Of a stretch of DNA of 64,000 bases, positions 24,238 to 37,837 are shown in pieces. The stretch covers positions 93,062,001-93,126,000 of the forward strand of contig OX597820.1 of the NCBI GenBank assembly GCA_951406725.2, written 5' to 3'. The position numbers and the translations under genes were made by a program. The stretch comes from Octopus vulgaris. Its lineage: Eukaryota. The notes below the pieces were generated by a model. That model saw only the letters and a program-made list of their open reading frames with translations. It had not been told where the DNA came from and did not search any database. How positions within the stretch are numbered: position 1 is the stretch's first letter; every line of letters starts with the position of its first letter.

Positions 24238-25791
24238 ATACCAGCCATGTATTGGGATAGATGATGTCGGCTAACTTACATCCTCTCAAAATTAATGACG
24301 TTGTACCCAAATTAAATACCACTATTATTGTTATTATTATCACCACAATCATCATTATCAGCATTATTATTATTATTAATATTACAAAACTGCTAACGTA
24401 ACTATATACTGTGTCTTTGAATTTGCTAAGAAATTGTGTCAGTAGGTTCCGCATTAAACCATTTCGTTTCTCTATACTTTAGCACTTCAGAATAAAGACC
24501 CTGTCTTTAAATGTCAGTATTTTGATTGACCACCGGACATACTGTATGAAACCTATTTCTGATTGATATGTCCTTCAGTTTCATTTATTATAAATATAAT
24601 TTAATAATATATACATGCATACATACACACACACACACACACACTTACGCACAGGAATAATTTTGTTGTTGTATCTGGCGATGAATTATAGTCTTTAAGT
24701 CATATTTTATTTTTATATTGACATACGTTCTCAGACATCTTACTCAGACATTGGACCTTGCAGACATCTTTCTTGAAGACATGGCAAGTACAGCATCAAA
24801 TTATTTTATCGAACTAATGCCAACTATAAATCGATGATCGCAACATTTATGGTAGACTTATTCCATCAAGGTTATCAACTGAAAGACAGGTGACATCAGA
24901 GCGTTCTCTCATGGCGATGTACCAAGAAATGTTTGGCAACAGGATCGCAAAACTTTCACACTTAATTAGCTGATAGCCTGAATATACTTCACTTTGACTT
25001 AGATCATTCCAGAAGGCATTTTTCTAGGAGAAGAAAACTGTGCCAGACAAAGATGATGTCTATGATATGTTTACTATAGTATCATATGAAAATAGTATTT
25101 GAGAAATAGGATTTAGTTTTTATTTCAAATATTAGAAACCTATATTGTACCTCTTCGTTTTGGGGGTTGGGGCCTAATTCAAAGTAGAAAACTTGGATTT
25201 ATAATCGGAGAAAATTAGACGATGGTCTGCAAAAGTTAATCCATAAAAGTTCGCAGAAAAAACATTTAAGTTGCTTAATTTGCCGTTAACTTTTGCTCCT
25301 CACGGCAAATTAAACTCACTTTAATTTCTTTTATCTTCAAAGTTTTAAAACTTTCATAAACGAGTCATAGATCATGAAAGTTAGATATTAACAATTCATT
25401 CTCATTTGAGGAATTTATAACTTGGAGAGACAACATGATAAAATGCCGGATTAAATTAATTGCATTATTTAGTTACCTTGTAATTTAAAATAATGATGTG
25501 AATGATTTCGCATTCCATTCCATTCGTTGAAGGGTGATAAAATAAGTACTAGTAATGAATTCGGGGACATTTAACTGAGTATAATATTCTCAACAAATAT
25601 GTAACCTTAGATTCTGTTATGTTGCACGTTCGGATGACCTCTACTACTCCACTCGACTCTACTCTTCTGTGCTCTCTGATGACGTCTAGACTTCTCGCTC
25701 TATATCTACGTATTGGGTTAGCCTACTTCATCGTCTGGGGGCGTCCACACAACACATTCACATTTAGAAGTCAAAATTATATACATAACTA

Positions 25792-25998
25792 CGGCGGCGA
25801 GCTGTTAGAATTGTTATCACGCTGGGAAAAATGCTTTACGGCACATTCTGGGTTCATATTCCGCCGAAGTTGACGTTGTCTTCCCTCCTCTCAGGGTCGA
25901 TAAAAAAAGTACCAGTTGAGCACCGGGATTGCTGTAATCGACTTTCCACCTCACCCGAAATTATTGACCTTATGCCTAAATTTGAAACCAATATTATT
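25792..25998 (+). mobile_element. Family-B SINE
   Basis: ggcggcgagctg..ttctgggttcatattccgccgaagttgac..gggtcgataaaaaaagtaccagttgagcac. Confidence 0.8.
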
Positions 25999-27040
25999 TT
26001 ATGTAATTTAAGATGATATAATAGTAGAAAATACTAAGTAGAAGTTACAGTGACGTCTCTCTCAAAGTATTGGATTCCTCATTGGTCGACGATTCCGTTG
26101 GTCCCTTTTCAGTCTAGGCATCAAGTAAATAAATTTAAGTGTTGATTTAAATTACTAATCACTTCTCATACACATATCTGTGACCTTGCCTTATAGATAG
26201 TAATACTTAAAATTATGAGACGTACATCTAATACGCCTTGAAGTTCTTCAAGTGATTAATTTTCTAGTCGGTGTTTAAATGTGCATTTTAGTTTAGTTTT
26301 AGTTAGTCCCATACCTCCTATAGAGTGTATCTAAAAGGTTTTATCTATCCTCCTTTTCACGCACACCACTGTGAATCCTTGCATATTACCAGAGGTATTT
26401 TCATGCACATAAAATTGGGTAGACATGTACCTAATGTCAAATTTGATTCACAGAAATACATAACCGTCACTAATCACATTCTTCTACAACTCGACGTTAA
26501 TAAGGATGACCATTGGTTGATGTATCCCGCCATGGTAAGCAAGATACAGAAAGAGAGTGCCAAATGAGAGGTGCTAGATTCCCAATGAATCAAGTTTAAT
26601 AGCCAGCTGCGATTCGCACTCAATATCTTTAGAAAACCGCTGAGCGCCACATTTCATATTTACTCACTGTCTGAACAGATTTGATCAACTATAGACAGAA
26701 AGGATTTCTAAATATCAGTCGATTACATGTATGTATCTATGTATGTACGTACGTATGTATGTATGTATGTATGTATGTATGTATGTATGTATGTATGTAT
26801 GTATGTATGTATGTATGCAGGTATGTATGTATAAATGTGTGTATGTGTGAAAACCCCACTGGATTGGGAGAAAGCGCTAATAATCCGAATGATATGATCT
26901 GAATGATATGATAGATATATATGTAAAATATGTAATATATAAATAAATATCTATAAATATGAACCATCCGATCTGATTACCTCATTTTTTCTAATATATA
27001 TATATATATATATTCTATAGAGGGCATTATTACACATAAA

Positions 27041-27092
27041 TGCTGAGGATCATAAGACGCAAGTTGAATGTGAAATCACGGTGATACAGAAC
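27041..27092 (+). ncRNA. Hammerhead ribozyme, upstream copy with truncated stem I
   Basis: Same core as 27518-27575 but only tg of the 5' strand of stem I remains. Confidence 0.7.
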
Positions 27093-27517
27093 TAAATTCA
27101 TTTTTTTAAATGTCTTGCTTTGAAAAACTGCATTTGGGTATGATTAGTATAATTTTGGTAGTAATGACTTAGTCCCTCTTAGTGTGAGGCATTTATGTGT
27201 AATAATGCCCTCTATACAATATAGATATAATTAATTTGTTCAAAAGAAAAAAAATTATTTTCGAATTATTTTCTTTTATGAGGTTTTCACGCTAACTACC
27301 CGATAATCTCTTGTTAAGATTCCTTATTAAGAGGTTATCCTTAATTGTTAAACTTATTCCGAAATACTTTTTATTACCCGACATGCAGTTCGTAAAAAGC
27401 CCGCCATTTACCGGATATATGATTTATAAACATTCCATGTGCTTGGCCGGAGTGATCAGTTGTCTGGTCGTCTTCGCTACGTAAGGTTGGTAGTTTATTT
27501 ATGATGTGTTCAGAATC

Positions 27518-27575
27518 AGTTCTGCTGAGGATCATAAGACGCAAGTTGAATGTGAAATCACGGTGATACAGAACT
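27518..27575 (+). ncRNA. Type I hammerhead ribozyme, intact core
   Basis: agttctg CTGAGGA t-cat-aa-gac-GCAA-gtt-ga-atg-t GAAA tcacggtga TA cagaact. 7-bp stem I, GNRA-capped stem II (first pair is a U-U mismatch), stem III atca/tgat, AUA triplet. Confidence 0.8.
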
Positions 27576-27833
27576 AAATTCATTTTTTTAAATGTCTTGC
27601 TTTGAAAAACTGCATTTGGGTATGATTAGTATAATTTTGGTAGAAATGACTTAGTCCCTCTTAGTGTGAGGCATTTATGTGTAATAATGCCCTCTATACA
27701 ATATAGATATAATTAATTTGTTCAAAAGAAAAAAATTATTTTCGAATTCTTTTCTTTTATGAGGTTTTCACGCTAACTACCCGATAATTTCTTGTTAAGA
27801 TTCCTTATTAAGAGGTTATCCTTAATTGTTAAA

Positions 27834-27895
<62 letters not shown>

Positions 27896-27897
<2 letters not shown>

Positions 27898-28450
27898 AGG
27901 TCACTTTCGAGTGCTACTGGTAACAGTACAACCTGTTGCATGGTCGGGTCGTCGGCAACCCCACCAAGCTTGCTTGGTGAGGAGGGTGTTTATTGGACAC
28001 CCTGCGGGATGAAAAACAAAACCCGTCAAAGGGCTGAGGAACTCTTGAGAGTCAACGGCCATCCAATAAATGTGTATTGTTTTCTCTCTCTTAAGGCTTA
28101 AGGCTGTATCATGCGCGGAGACATAGAAATAATCGAACTGAATACCCGATCGCGCGGTTAAACCATTGGGAGTGAAGAACTCCTAGCGTTTGTTAGGGCA
28201 TCCTTCTAGGAGAAGGTAACTCAGGTAACTGGGATAACTCCGACATAAAACCTGCGGCTCAGTGGTTACCGATGATATTGACTTGTTCTTCTCTTCGGAT
28301 TATGGCTGCTGTTGCTTAGTGAGTGGGATTGACTCAGTGCACAGCCCTTCCTCACTTTAAAAAAAAATCTTCTTGCACAACCATTGCACGATAACAACAT
28401 TGATTAAGCTTCGTGCAATGGCCATACTCGATAACAAGGGAGCAGCCAGC
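27896..28450 (+). mobile_element. RTE LINE 5' leader/UTR-like fragment
   Basis: 27897-27985 is homologous to the reverse complement of 54625-54750, which adjoins RTE RT coding sequence. The 3' boundary is uncertain. Confidence 0.6.
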
Positions 28451-28713
28451 ATATATATATATATATATATATATATACCAGTAATACCAAAAAGTACAGT
28501 AGTAACCACATCACTATACTGAAGCAGAAAAATGATAATCCACGTGGAGCTCTAAACTCGTCAGTGGAAATCGTACAACTAAATGCACACACAAAATATA
28601 CTATAAGCGTGTGGCTATACATGTATGTATATTATTATATTATATATATATACACATAAACATGTAAATGTTATACATGTACACATGAATATGTGAAGGT
28701 TTTTATATATTTG

Positions 28714-29121
28714 TCTGTGTGGTAAGAAGGTTGCTTCCCAACCACACTGTTCCGGGTTCAGTCCCACTGTGTGGGACTTGGGCAAGTATCTTCTATCATA
28801 ACCTCAGACCGACCAAAGCCTCGTGAGTGAATTTAGTAGACGGAAATTGAAAGAAGCCCGTCGTTTATATATGCATATATATGTATGTATTTGTGTCTGT
28901 GTTTGTCACCCTAACCATCACTTGACAACCGATGTTGGTGTGTTTACGTCCCCGTAACTTGGCGGTTCAGCAAAAGATCCCGATAGAATAAGGACTAAGC
29001 TTACAAAAGAATAATACCTGGTGTCGATTTTTTCGATTAAAACTCTCTTTAAGGCGGTGCTCCAGCACGGCCGCAGTCAAATGACTGAAACAAATGAAAG
29101 AAAAAAGAAAGAATAAAAGAA
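28714..29121 (+). mobile_element. Family-A SINE, full length
   Basis: tgtggtaagaag.ttgcttcccaaccac..ccgggttcagtcccact head through the ccgcagtcaaatgactgaaac tail. Confidence 0.9.
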
Positions 29122-30388
29122 TATGCAATTGGTAGTTCATGTGCCTCTTTTTACCTTTTTCACATAGATTGTATATTATTTATCAGTATTATAATTTCAT
29201 TATTTAGTTCAATTTTATGTGCATATCGAAGTTGATCAAAATTCTCTCGAGATATTTGGCTAAAGGTGAATGATTTAAAACAGTGTTTGGAGAAAATGTC
29301 GACAGATTAATGATTCGTGTTCAAGTTATTTGCTGTATGGACAGAATTCCTTGGTTGACAAATATAAATCTTACTAGTCATTATAACATATTTCAAAAAT
29401 AAGTGCCATATTTGGATACTACGCGCCAATAGTAGTAGAAATAAATTATGGTGAATATATTCAATGTTTCATTATATAGCGATGCTGAGTTGCAAAGAAA
29501 CTCTGGGTACAGATTAGGGCACGTATAAAACATAACAGTTTATTGTCTATCTTAATCTACAGACATCCTGAAATCTGCAGCATAAATAGAAAATAAATCC
29601 TTCAACGACACGTTCAACTACAGCAGCAGATGCAGTAACAAAATTATTGTAAAATAGTAAAACCAACAGCTGCCTATATCACCAAGAAATACATAGAAAT
29701 ACATAACTATCTATCTATACAGTTACGCATTACATTCTTATGGTTTATGTTCACAGATATGTATAGCAAATTGCTATGTGACTATAACAATGACATTCCA
29801 CAAATAGACATTTCATCAACGTATATAAATAAACAGTATATGTACGTGTAAGCAGTTATATTATTTTGATATCCATTTATATATTTTGTATATTTATGAA
29901 CAATAGCATTTGGGGTTACAGGCTTACAAGGGCCACACACTGGTTCACTGCATTTACCAATACTAGAGTGACAAGGGAGTTTCTGCGCAGTTCGGGCGGA
30001 ACAAATATCACGCAAAAGGTTTTTCGTGCGAAGGCAACGGTATATTGATTTTCTCGTCGATGTAAATGTGTACACAAGGATAAACACACATACGCTTCAA
30101 TGTACATGATAATGAAATGCATAAATGTGTGTATATGTGTGTGAGCATGTCTGTGTGTATGTGTATGTGTGTTTGCATATATATATATATACATATATAC
30201 CTACATACGTACCTATATGTGTATGTATGTATATAGGTATGTATGTATGTATGTATGTATGTATGTATGTATGTATATATGTACGTATGTATGTATGCTC
30301 GTGTATATTTGTGTTCAAAGATAGCTATAGAGATATCCAGATATATATATATGTTTATATACATCGATACACATATTCATACATACAT

Positions 30389-30431
<43 letters not shown>

Positions 30432-30461
30432 CATACATACATACATACATACATACATACA

Positions 30462-30521
<60 letters not shown>

Positions 30522-30568
30522 AACCTGTATGTCTGTGTCCATGTGTGCGCGGGGAGAGAGAAAGGGCG

Positions 30569-30619
<51 letters not shown>

Positions 30620-31252
30620 GAGAAGGAAGGAAAGAAAGTAATAAAGAAAGAAAGAAACGACGAGATTATATCTCAGCACCAGATATCGACTTTTTAAGCA
30701 TATATTTCCTTTACAGTTGTAAAATACATACATATATACATACATATATATATATATATATAGCTCCTGAAGAGCATAACGAGAAACTGCTCTCGTGTAC
30801 TGAACGTCTCTGAATATCATTACGACTTTTCATAGGCCAGAAGGCTTAAGTGAGACTGTTGTGAACGTATATTATTTGATAGAAACTGCGAAGACAGTAA
30901 AAGACGGTATATAGATCTATGGTTAACGTTTGTGCGTTCATATCTGGTAAGAATTGACATTGCTTTTCATCTGCCCGGGATCGATAAAATAGAGATCAGT
31001 AATAATGTTCGACCTGTAGCCTCATATTCAAATATAATTTGTCATCCTACACTTTCCCTTCATTGATGAGTGCGGTCGCATCAATACAGTATAGTTATAT
31101 TAAACCACACACGTTGATACATCAGAAGAGACAGACTTCTGCCATTGGCGTGTATCGAATACTTCTATCGAAGTTTCTAAATGAAAACAACAGACATATA
31201 TTATATGTTATGTCTCTTTCTTTCACTCTTCTTTCTCTCCCTTTCACACATA

Positions 31253-31292
<40 letters not shown>

Positions 31293-31308
31293 CTCTCTGG
31301 ATATAATA

Positions 31309-31425
<117 letters not shown>

Positions 31426-31447
31426 TGTATATATATATCCAAACATA

Positions 31448-32288
31448 GAGGGTGCGATGGGTAAATTGTCACCATTTTATATTTTCAGTTTCGCACAGTA
31501 TAGTAGGGTCAGTTGGGCACTACGACGCAATTCACTCTGCCATAAATTTGGAAACGACATGCTGAAGTGCTTGACATTTGCGCCGGAGGCTCAAATACGA
31601 ACAATACAGAGTACATGAGTGTCAATCAGAGGAGAGTGAAACCTGAGGACATGTACTGAGAGTGATAAAAATCAAACAACCAGTCGACATCATAGTGTTT
31701 GCAGTGATCACTAGTGATTGCGACGTTATGCCTCCATTCATCTTCCCACATGGCTTCAGACTCAACACGAAGGCCTACACCAAGAGCCTGGAGGAGGTAG
31801 AGCTACCCTGAGTCAAGAGGGTTGCTGCTGGAAGATACTATATCTGGTAACAGGATTCTGTACCATGCTACACAAGCAGGAGAACCCAGTCATGGCAATC
31901 AAACAATTTCTGCGACCACATCACTCCTAACATCTGACCACCAAACTCCCCAGACTGCAACCCCCTTGATTATTATATGTGGGGCGTAGTTGAGCGAGAG
32001 ACCAACAAAACTCCCTGTAATACCAATGATGAACTGGAGGCAATGATTATGGCAGCATTCACTAACTTAAACAAAGAGACCGTCCAAAAGAGTTGCAGGA
32101 GATTCCGAAGGCGTCTGGAGACCGTGATTCAAGCCAATGGTGATTTTATTGATTTTATTAAATAAATTTACTCTTTAGTATTTCAAGATTTTTTTTTGTA
32201 AATTTCGTAAATATATCTGTTAAAATGAGATATCTGTATTATTTTCATTTTTGCGTAATTTAGACGACAGTTTAATCATCGCAGCCTG
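31448..32288 (+). mobile_element. Tc1/mariner-superfamily transposon (maT/DD37D-like) with imperfect TIRs
   Basis: PPNSPDCNPLDYYMWGVVERE...SCRRFRRRLETVIQANGDFI; TIRs agggtgcgatgggtaaattgtc / gacagtttaatcatcgcagcct. Confidence 0.8.
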
Positions 32289-32334
32289 CATATATATATT
32301 TGATTGACCGCTAACTCCAATTTTTTTTTTTTTT

Positions 32335-32455
32335 TCTCTATCTGTTTATTTCCTTGTGCTCCTTTCTCTTGAAGAGTGTAGGTTCGAAACGTAAAAGATT
32401 TTCTCACCTTCCCGAGCGTCAGACTAATACACCTGTTTGCTGTTTATACATCTAT
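32335..32455 (+). mobile_element. Short PLE-terminal-like repeat with minimal hammerhead-like motif
   Basis: cttt CTCTTGA a gagt gtag gttc GAAA cg TA aaag (32362-32397); same family as 47055-47206. Confidence 0.55.
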
Positions 32456-32999
32456 AAATTATTGGATCGTCAGTAGAATACCTCTATATTTAATTTATCT
32501 TTATTATTGGTATCATATGGTATTCAACTGAAGTACCAGTGAATTGGATGTTTAACACACCCCTTTGAAGGATTTCTTTTCCTCAGTTTGCTACATATAT
32601 ATACATATACATACACTCATACACACACACACACACTCGCATACATATATTATGTGTGTGTGTTTGTACCTATGCGTGTTTGTATTTATCTATGTTTGTA
32701 TATCATTCTTATACAAAAATGTTGTTGACAGTGACTTCGAAGTTTTGGTCAGCTAAGCCATCGCCTTATGTAGACAAACGGAGGAATAAAGAGAGCTTAA
32801 TACTTTCTATGGCCAAATGATTCAAGGAAAATTTTGGTTGATCTACATTTTTTGGCAATAATTTTAATATGCTTTTGTCCTGTTTATGGGAAATAGATAA
32901 CCTATTATCTATACAACTTATATCACTTCAGCAACAAGACTATTGGATATTGTTATACACCGCTGGCCACAATGTGCTTTCTTCCATTGTGAACGACGA

Positions 33000-33215
33000 C
33001 GCCATCCCGCTGGCTAGACTGGCAAACCTGGCGAGCCAACGTTTCCCACTAAACGGTACGCTAGTCCCCTCGTCGGCTTTCCTATTTGAAGCTAAATGAA
33101 GCGGAACAAAATGAAATGAAGTGTTTTGCTCAAGAACACGACACACGCCGGCCTGGGATTTGAAACTACGATCTTGCGATCGCGAGTGCATCACCCGAAC
33201 AACTAGGATGCGTGA
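33000..33215 (-). mobile_element. tRNA-derived SINE, family C
   Basis: Minus strand: cactcgcgatcgcaagatcgtagtttcaaatccc..gttcttgagcaaaacacttcatttc. Confidence 0.65.
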
Positions 33216-33690
33216 TATAATTGTGCCATTCACAATAGTCAGAGCTTTTCAGTTGCGCGACGTTGGTGGTACTGTGATGTATTCGTGGCGGTTATACAGA
33301 AAGAATACGAGAAGTTTAAGTGTACGTACTGAGATAGAAAATTGCATAACACACTAGATTAATGATTTGCTTCAGCATAACCTGGATTCATTCAGGTGTA
33401 AATTACGTTTGGGATCTTTCAGATGCGAATCATTAACAAGCGCGTGTGCACACTTACGCACGTACACACGTGTGCGCACGCACGCACATAAGACGTGTGC
33501 GTTTGTTATATACAAGTGTGCTTGTTCGTGTTTCTTATATGCGAGTGCACCTGCGTATGTTTGCACATGTATGTGCACGCACAAAACTGTTTGTAAATGT
33601 ACATATTTTTGAGTGTGTATGTAGTTTCTTTCCAAATAGCTTGACGCTTTTCAGCAGCAAATAGCAAATAGATCTGATGTTTGAAAGAGT

Positions 33691-33737
<47 letters not shown>

Positions 33738-34023
33738 TATGTGTGTGTGTGCGTGAGTGTGTGTGTGTGTCTGTGTGTGTGTGTTTGTGCATGTGTGTGC
33801 GAGTATGTCTGTGTGTGTGATGTTTTTACTCGTGTAGAGTCAATCTCTTGCCACTCTGAGTTTTACCTGTTGGTGCAGTCTCCAGGTAAGTTACGATTGC
33901 CTGAAGAACATGTGCACACACTGGCGAATCTCAAAGTAAAAAGAAACTGGCTCAACCAAAATAAAATAGTATTAACCTCTTCTATGGTGTCGAGTAGCCT
34001 TTTTCCTACAGTCAATACTAATC

Positions 34024-34083
<60 letters not shown>

Positions 34084-34229
34084 ATGTGTTTGTTCTTGTG
34101 AATATGGTATTCAATATATCGGAATGTAAAATATATTTCTTATAAATGACTAGATAACAGTTTTCTAACACCGTTTTAATCTTCGGGTTTTCTTAAAGCT
34201 ACTGAAGCACTGTACCATAGGTTGTTAAA

Positions 34230-34830
34230 ATAAGTTAGAGAATATGAGAGATAGAAAGGAAAATGGGGAAAGGGAAAGCTTGAAAGTGGAAGGTGGAAAG
34301 AGATGAAGGGAGAAAAAGGGAAGAAAGACGAAAAACGCCGTTAAATCGAAAGGGAGTGGAAGAGGTAAAGACGTTGCTAGGGAAAATGATCGTAGAATCT
34401 ACAGGCGAAGTTGTTGGTTCAGTATGATTTCGATCTCTAAAGTGGTGAAGAAAGTCTATAAATTATCTGTGGCTAATAATTTATGGGCAAAAGTGACACT
34501 TTGAAGTTGATATGGTTGTTAACCAGATAAGTATGTAGTCTTTGTTTAGATGTGTTGATTTTAAGAAATGTAGGTTAGAGCAAACGATGTATGATCGAAA
34601 TTATAAAACTGTTGTATGTAGTTGTAAGGCAAGCAGAAAAATATATAGGAATTTACGATCATACTGTTCATATATTATTTATATATGAATACGATGTTAA
34701 TATAGCATTTCTGTCAGTGAGGGCGACTTTGTATTTCTTCCTTTTGGAGTCGATTAAATTGGTACCAGTTGAAAGAGGTTTGAGGACCGATAGAAAGTAT
34801 TAGGTATTGAGTATGTGACTAGTTTATAGG
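34230..34830. repeat. Interspersed repeat, homologous to about 39700-40250
   Basis: Shared collinear blocks: gctagggaaa.tga, aagttgtt.gttcag, aagtgacactttgaagttgatatggt.gttaacc, gatgtgttgattttaag, gtatgatc.aa.ttataaaactg. Confidence 0.75.
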
Positions 34831-34940
34831 GTTAGGAGTGAAAAAAAGATGAAAGCTGAAAAATCAACAGAAGAGACTGGAGAGGGGAATGAAGCATACG
34901 CTTGCAGGTATTGACTGAAATATGATTGCATACACAGCCA

Positions 34941-35245
34941 GTGGAGACATATAGCCTCGTGGTTAGAGCAGCGGACTCGCGGTCGAGGGATTGCGGGTTC
35001 GAATCTCAGACCGGGCGATGTGTGTGTGTTTATGAGCGAAACACCTAAGCTCCACGCGGCTCCAGCAGAAGGTAATGGCGAACTTCTGCTGACACTTTCG
35101 CCACAACTTTCTCTCACTCTTTCCTCCTGCATCTTGCAGCTCACCCGCGACGGACCGGCGTCCCGTCCAGGTGGGGAACCTATACGCCAAGGAAACCGGG
35201 AAACCGGCCCTTATGAGCCAGGCATGGCTCGAGAAGGAACAAACA
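34941..35245 (+). mobile_element. tRNA-derived SINE, family D, young
   Basis: A-box tagcctcgtggttagagc, B-box ggttcgaatc, central gcgacggaccggcgtcccgtccagg (V-domain-like from recall), tail catggctcgagaaggaacaaac. Confidence 0.8.
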
Positions 35246-35377
35246 TACACATCCACAGTACCAGGAGTATGAATGGCGGTGAAATGGGTAGAACAGTCAG
35301 TGTGTCAGATAGAATTCCTTGCAGTATTAGTTTTGGTTCCCAGCATTCTAAATTCAAATCTGGTTCAGTGTACTAGG

Positions 35378-35446
<69 letters not shown>

Positions 35447-35652
35447 TTATACTTCTAACTTATCGGACCAACCTTGTAACATTGTGTTCCCCAATCCGGC
35501 CTGAGAATTGTATTAAAGGTAAACATTTTTATGAAATACTCAACCTCGTACAATACAATTTCATGTGTGTTTGTGTATAAGACCTAACGTACAAGCTCAC
35601 AGAATAACATACGAATAAATAGTAAGAACATACTTATATGATCATCTGTAGT

Positions 35653-35712
<60 letters not shown>

Positions 35713-35769
35713 TGTGTGTCTGTGTGTCTGTGTGTGTGTGTGTGTGTGTGCATACATCCACGCGTGCAG

Positions 35770-36805
35770 ACTGTCCGACATCCACAGACGAGATCACAGG
35801 TTGCTTACGGATATGGTATTATTGACAAAAACGATGTACACCGATGGATGAAGAAGTTTACAGAAGACGAAAAGACCCTCCAAGACAAACCGCGCCGTGG
35901 AAGAAAGACCGTCAACTGCGACCGCTGAAACGTATTGCCAGCGAGTGGGCGATTTGATTCGAGCGGTCAGACGAGCACAAATAAAATATGATCACAAAGT
36001 CGTACATAAGAGAGTAGAAGAACTTTGAGTAGAGGAAAGCGTGTGCGAAGGACGCATCTCAGAAGTCGATACCCGATTTGAAGAAAAGAAGTGCGGAAGT
36101 CTAGTTTAATCAACTGAAAACGTTTGAAGCCAATGAAGACATGTTTTATCCGATCAGATAATCGGGGATGAAACGTGGTCATATCTTAATCCGGAAACAA
36201 AGGTTCAGTTCATGGAATGTTATTACACCTCTTCTCCAAGTTCTAAGAAATTCTAGAACCAGAGATTAGCACAGAAAGTCACGGCGATTGCTTTTGAAGA
36301 TGACAAAGGCGTCATTTTGCTTCGTTTTTTGGAACATGATCGTGCCTTGAACAACAAGCAGTGTATTGAGACATTCAAAAAGCTTAGAAAATCCGTTATG
36401 AGGAAAATACCGAACAAGAATCTGAAAACTATTCATATTTACTATAACAATGCACTTCTGCACGCCTATTTGGCAACAAATCAAGAGATCTATACGGACC
36501 GAATCTGGTGCCCTCTCTTTTCCTTCTGTTCGGTCCAATGAAAACCAATCTTCGGGGACAACGATCTAATGATACAGATGAGGTGAAAGAGACTGTATGA
36601 CGTTAGCACAGTAATGCAAACCTGAATTATTTTAAAGAGAAATCTAGAGGTGCAAGTGCATCACTTGTGATGTGGATGAAAATTACGCCAAGTACCTTTG
36701 TAAATAGAAATAATTACTCTGCCAAAGTGTGCAATTTGAACAACTTATGCCAGTTTCTAAAAAACTATGGCTAGTTTTGCATTAATTTCAAGACAATTCT
36801 TGTAT
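35770..36805 (+). mobile_element. mariner transposon, heavily decayed
   Basis: IHRR..VHRWMKKF..LQDKPRRGR, GDETW near 36165, GVILLRFLE and IYYNNALLH motifs. Confidence 0.75.
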
Positions 36806-37837
36806 GTATAAATATATTGGATATATAATTTTTATCAAATATATGTAAATATATGTCAAATATATAGCGAAATCAAAATATGGTTACCTAGTTATTTCTA
36901 TTGAGGATCAAGTCTAACAAATACTGTTATAGACACAGGTATTTTACATAGTGATTTCAAATTTTAACACAAGACCAGCAATTTCGTGGGAGGAAGTAAA
37001 TTGATTACATTGACCCCAGCACTCAGTGAGTACTTTTTTGTCAACCCCGAAACGCTGCTAAGTATTTAGCTCGTGCTAACGATTCTGCCTTACAGTTGTT
37101 TTATATATTGGTAGGAATATAGCTATAGGTACAAGTAAGATATAGCATTAATTATCTAGTGTTATTATCTGTCTTTTGTTGATAAGAATACCTGAAAACA
37201 CTAAAATAAAATCAGACCCAAATGAAAGAATATTATTGCCCAGATCATTGCATGAAATTGTAGAGGAAAGCTAGGGACAGCCTGGATCTACATGGATTGT
37301 ATTGTCCCATCTGATTACCTGGTAGTGTTAAGAAGTATACTTGTAAGGTGAGATATGTGTAAACTAATGGATTATGCCTGTTGCATGCGTGATCGAATTC
37401 TTTCAGAAAGTTTTGTGGACATAGGTTTGTGAGCAATATTTATATACTTTCAGGCGTACAGGTTTTACGAGGTTGAAATTTTCCATTTCACGAGAAGCAC
37501 CATATTTTCAAGTCCAATATGTCTTGAAACACAGTGTTGCATCTTTAGAATTTCAGAAGGTATCTGTACTGATGATGACGTAGTTTAAAAAGATGCAAAG
37601 ATGCGTTAGATGATTAGTTAGTTTGTACAGAACACTATAACTATACAAATTCTATTTTTCTCTTGGAATTTGAACGTAAGTAAACAGTTTCTCACGTTAA
37701 AGTAAGTACTGTTTATTAGTAAGCAGGCTGGTGTCAGATCGATACAACTTAATGATGTTTAATTTAACGAGTATTTGACCTAAACTTTTTGTGGCAGAAC
37801 TTATGTTAAATGTTTGTTGTTATTTATGCTGTGACAA

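Larger units (their letters stand above)
27011..27838 (+). mobile_element. ORF-less retrozyme-like element: 482-nt unit, 1.66 copies, two hammerheads, inverted 5' piece, in (TA)n
   Basis: Near-identical direct repeats 27041-27357/27523-27838; 27011-27043 is an inverted copy of 27189-27221; hammerhead cores at 27043 and 27525. Confidence 0.85.

Noticed and set aside
26845-26885. GAAA-gcgc-TA half hammerhead (also lone half-motifs near 28555 minus, 42645, 57405 minus and 57642)
   Set aside because: Only half of the core is recognisable, so they were not counted.
30763-30905. CTGAAGA-gca...tgc-GAAG as a very long hammerhead
   Set aside because: GAAA, stem III and stem I cannot be assigned convincingly.
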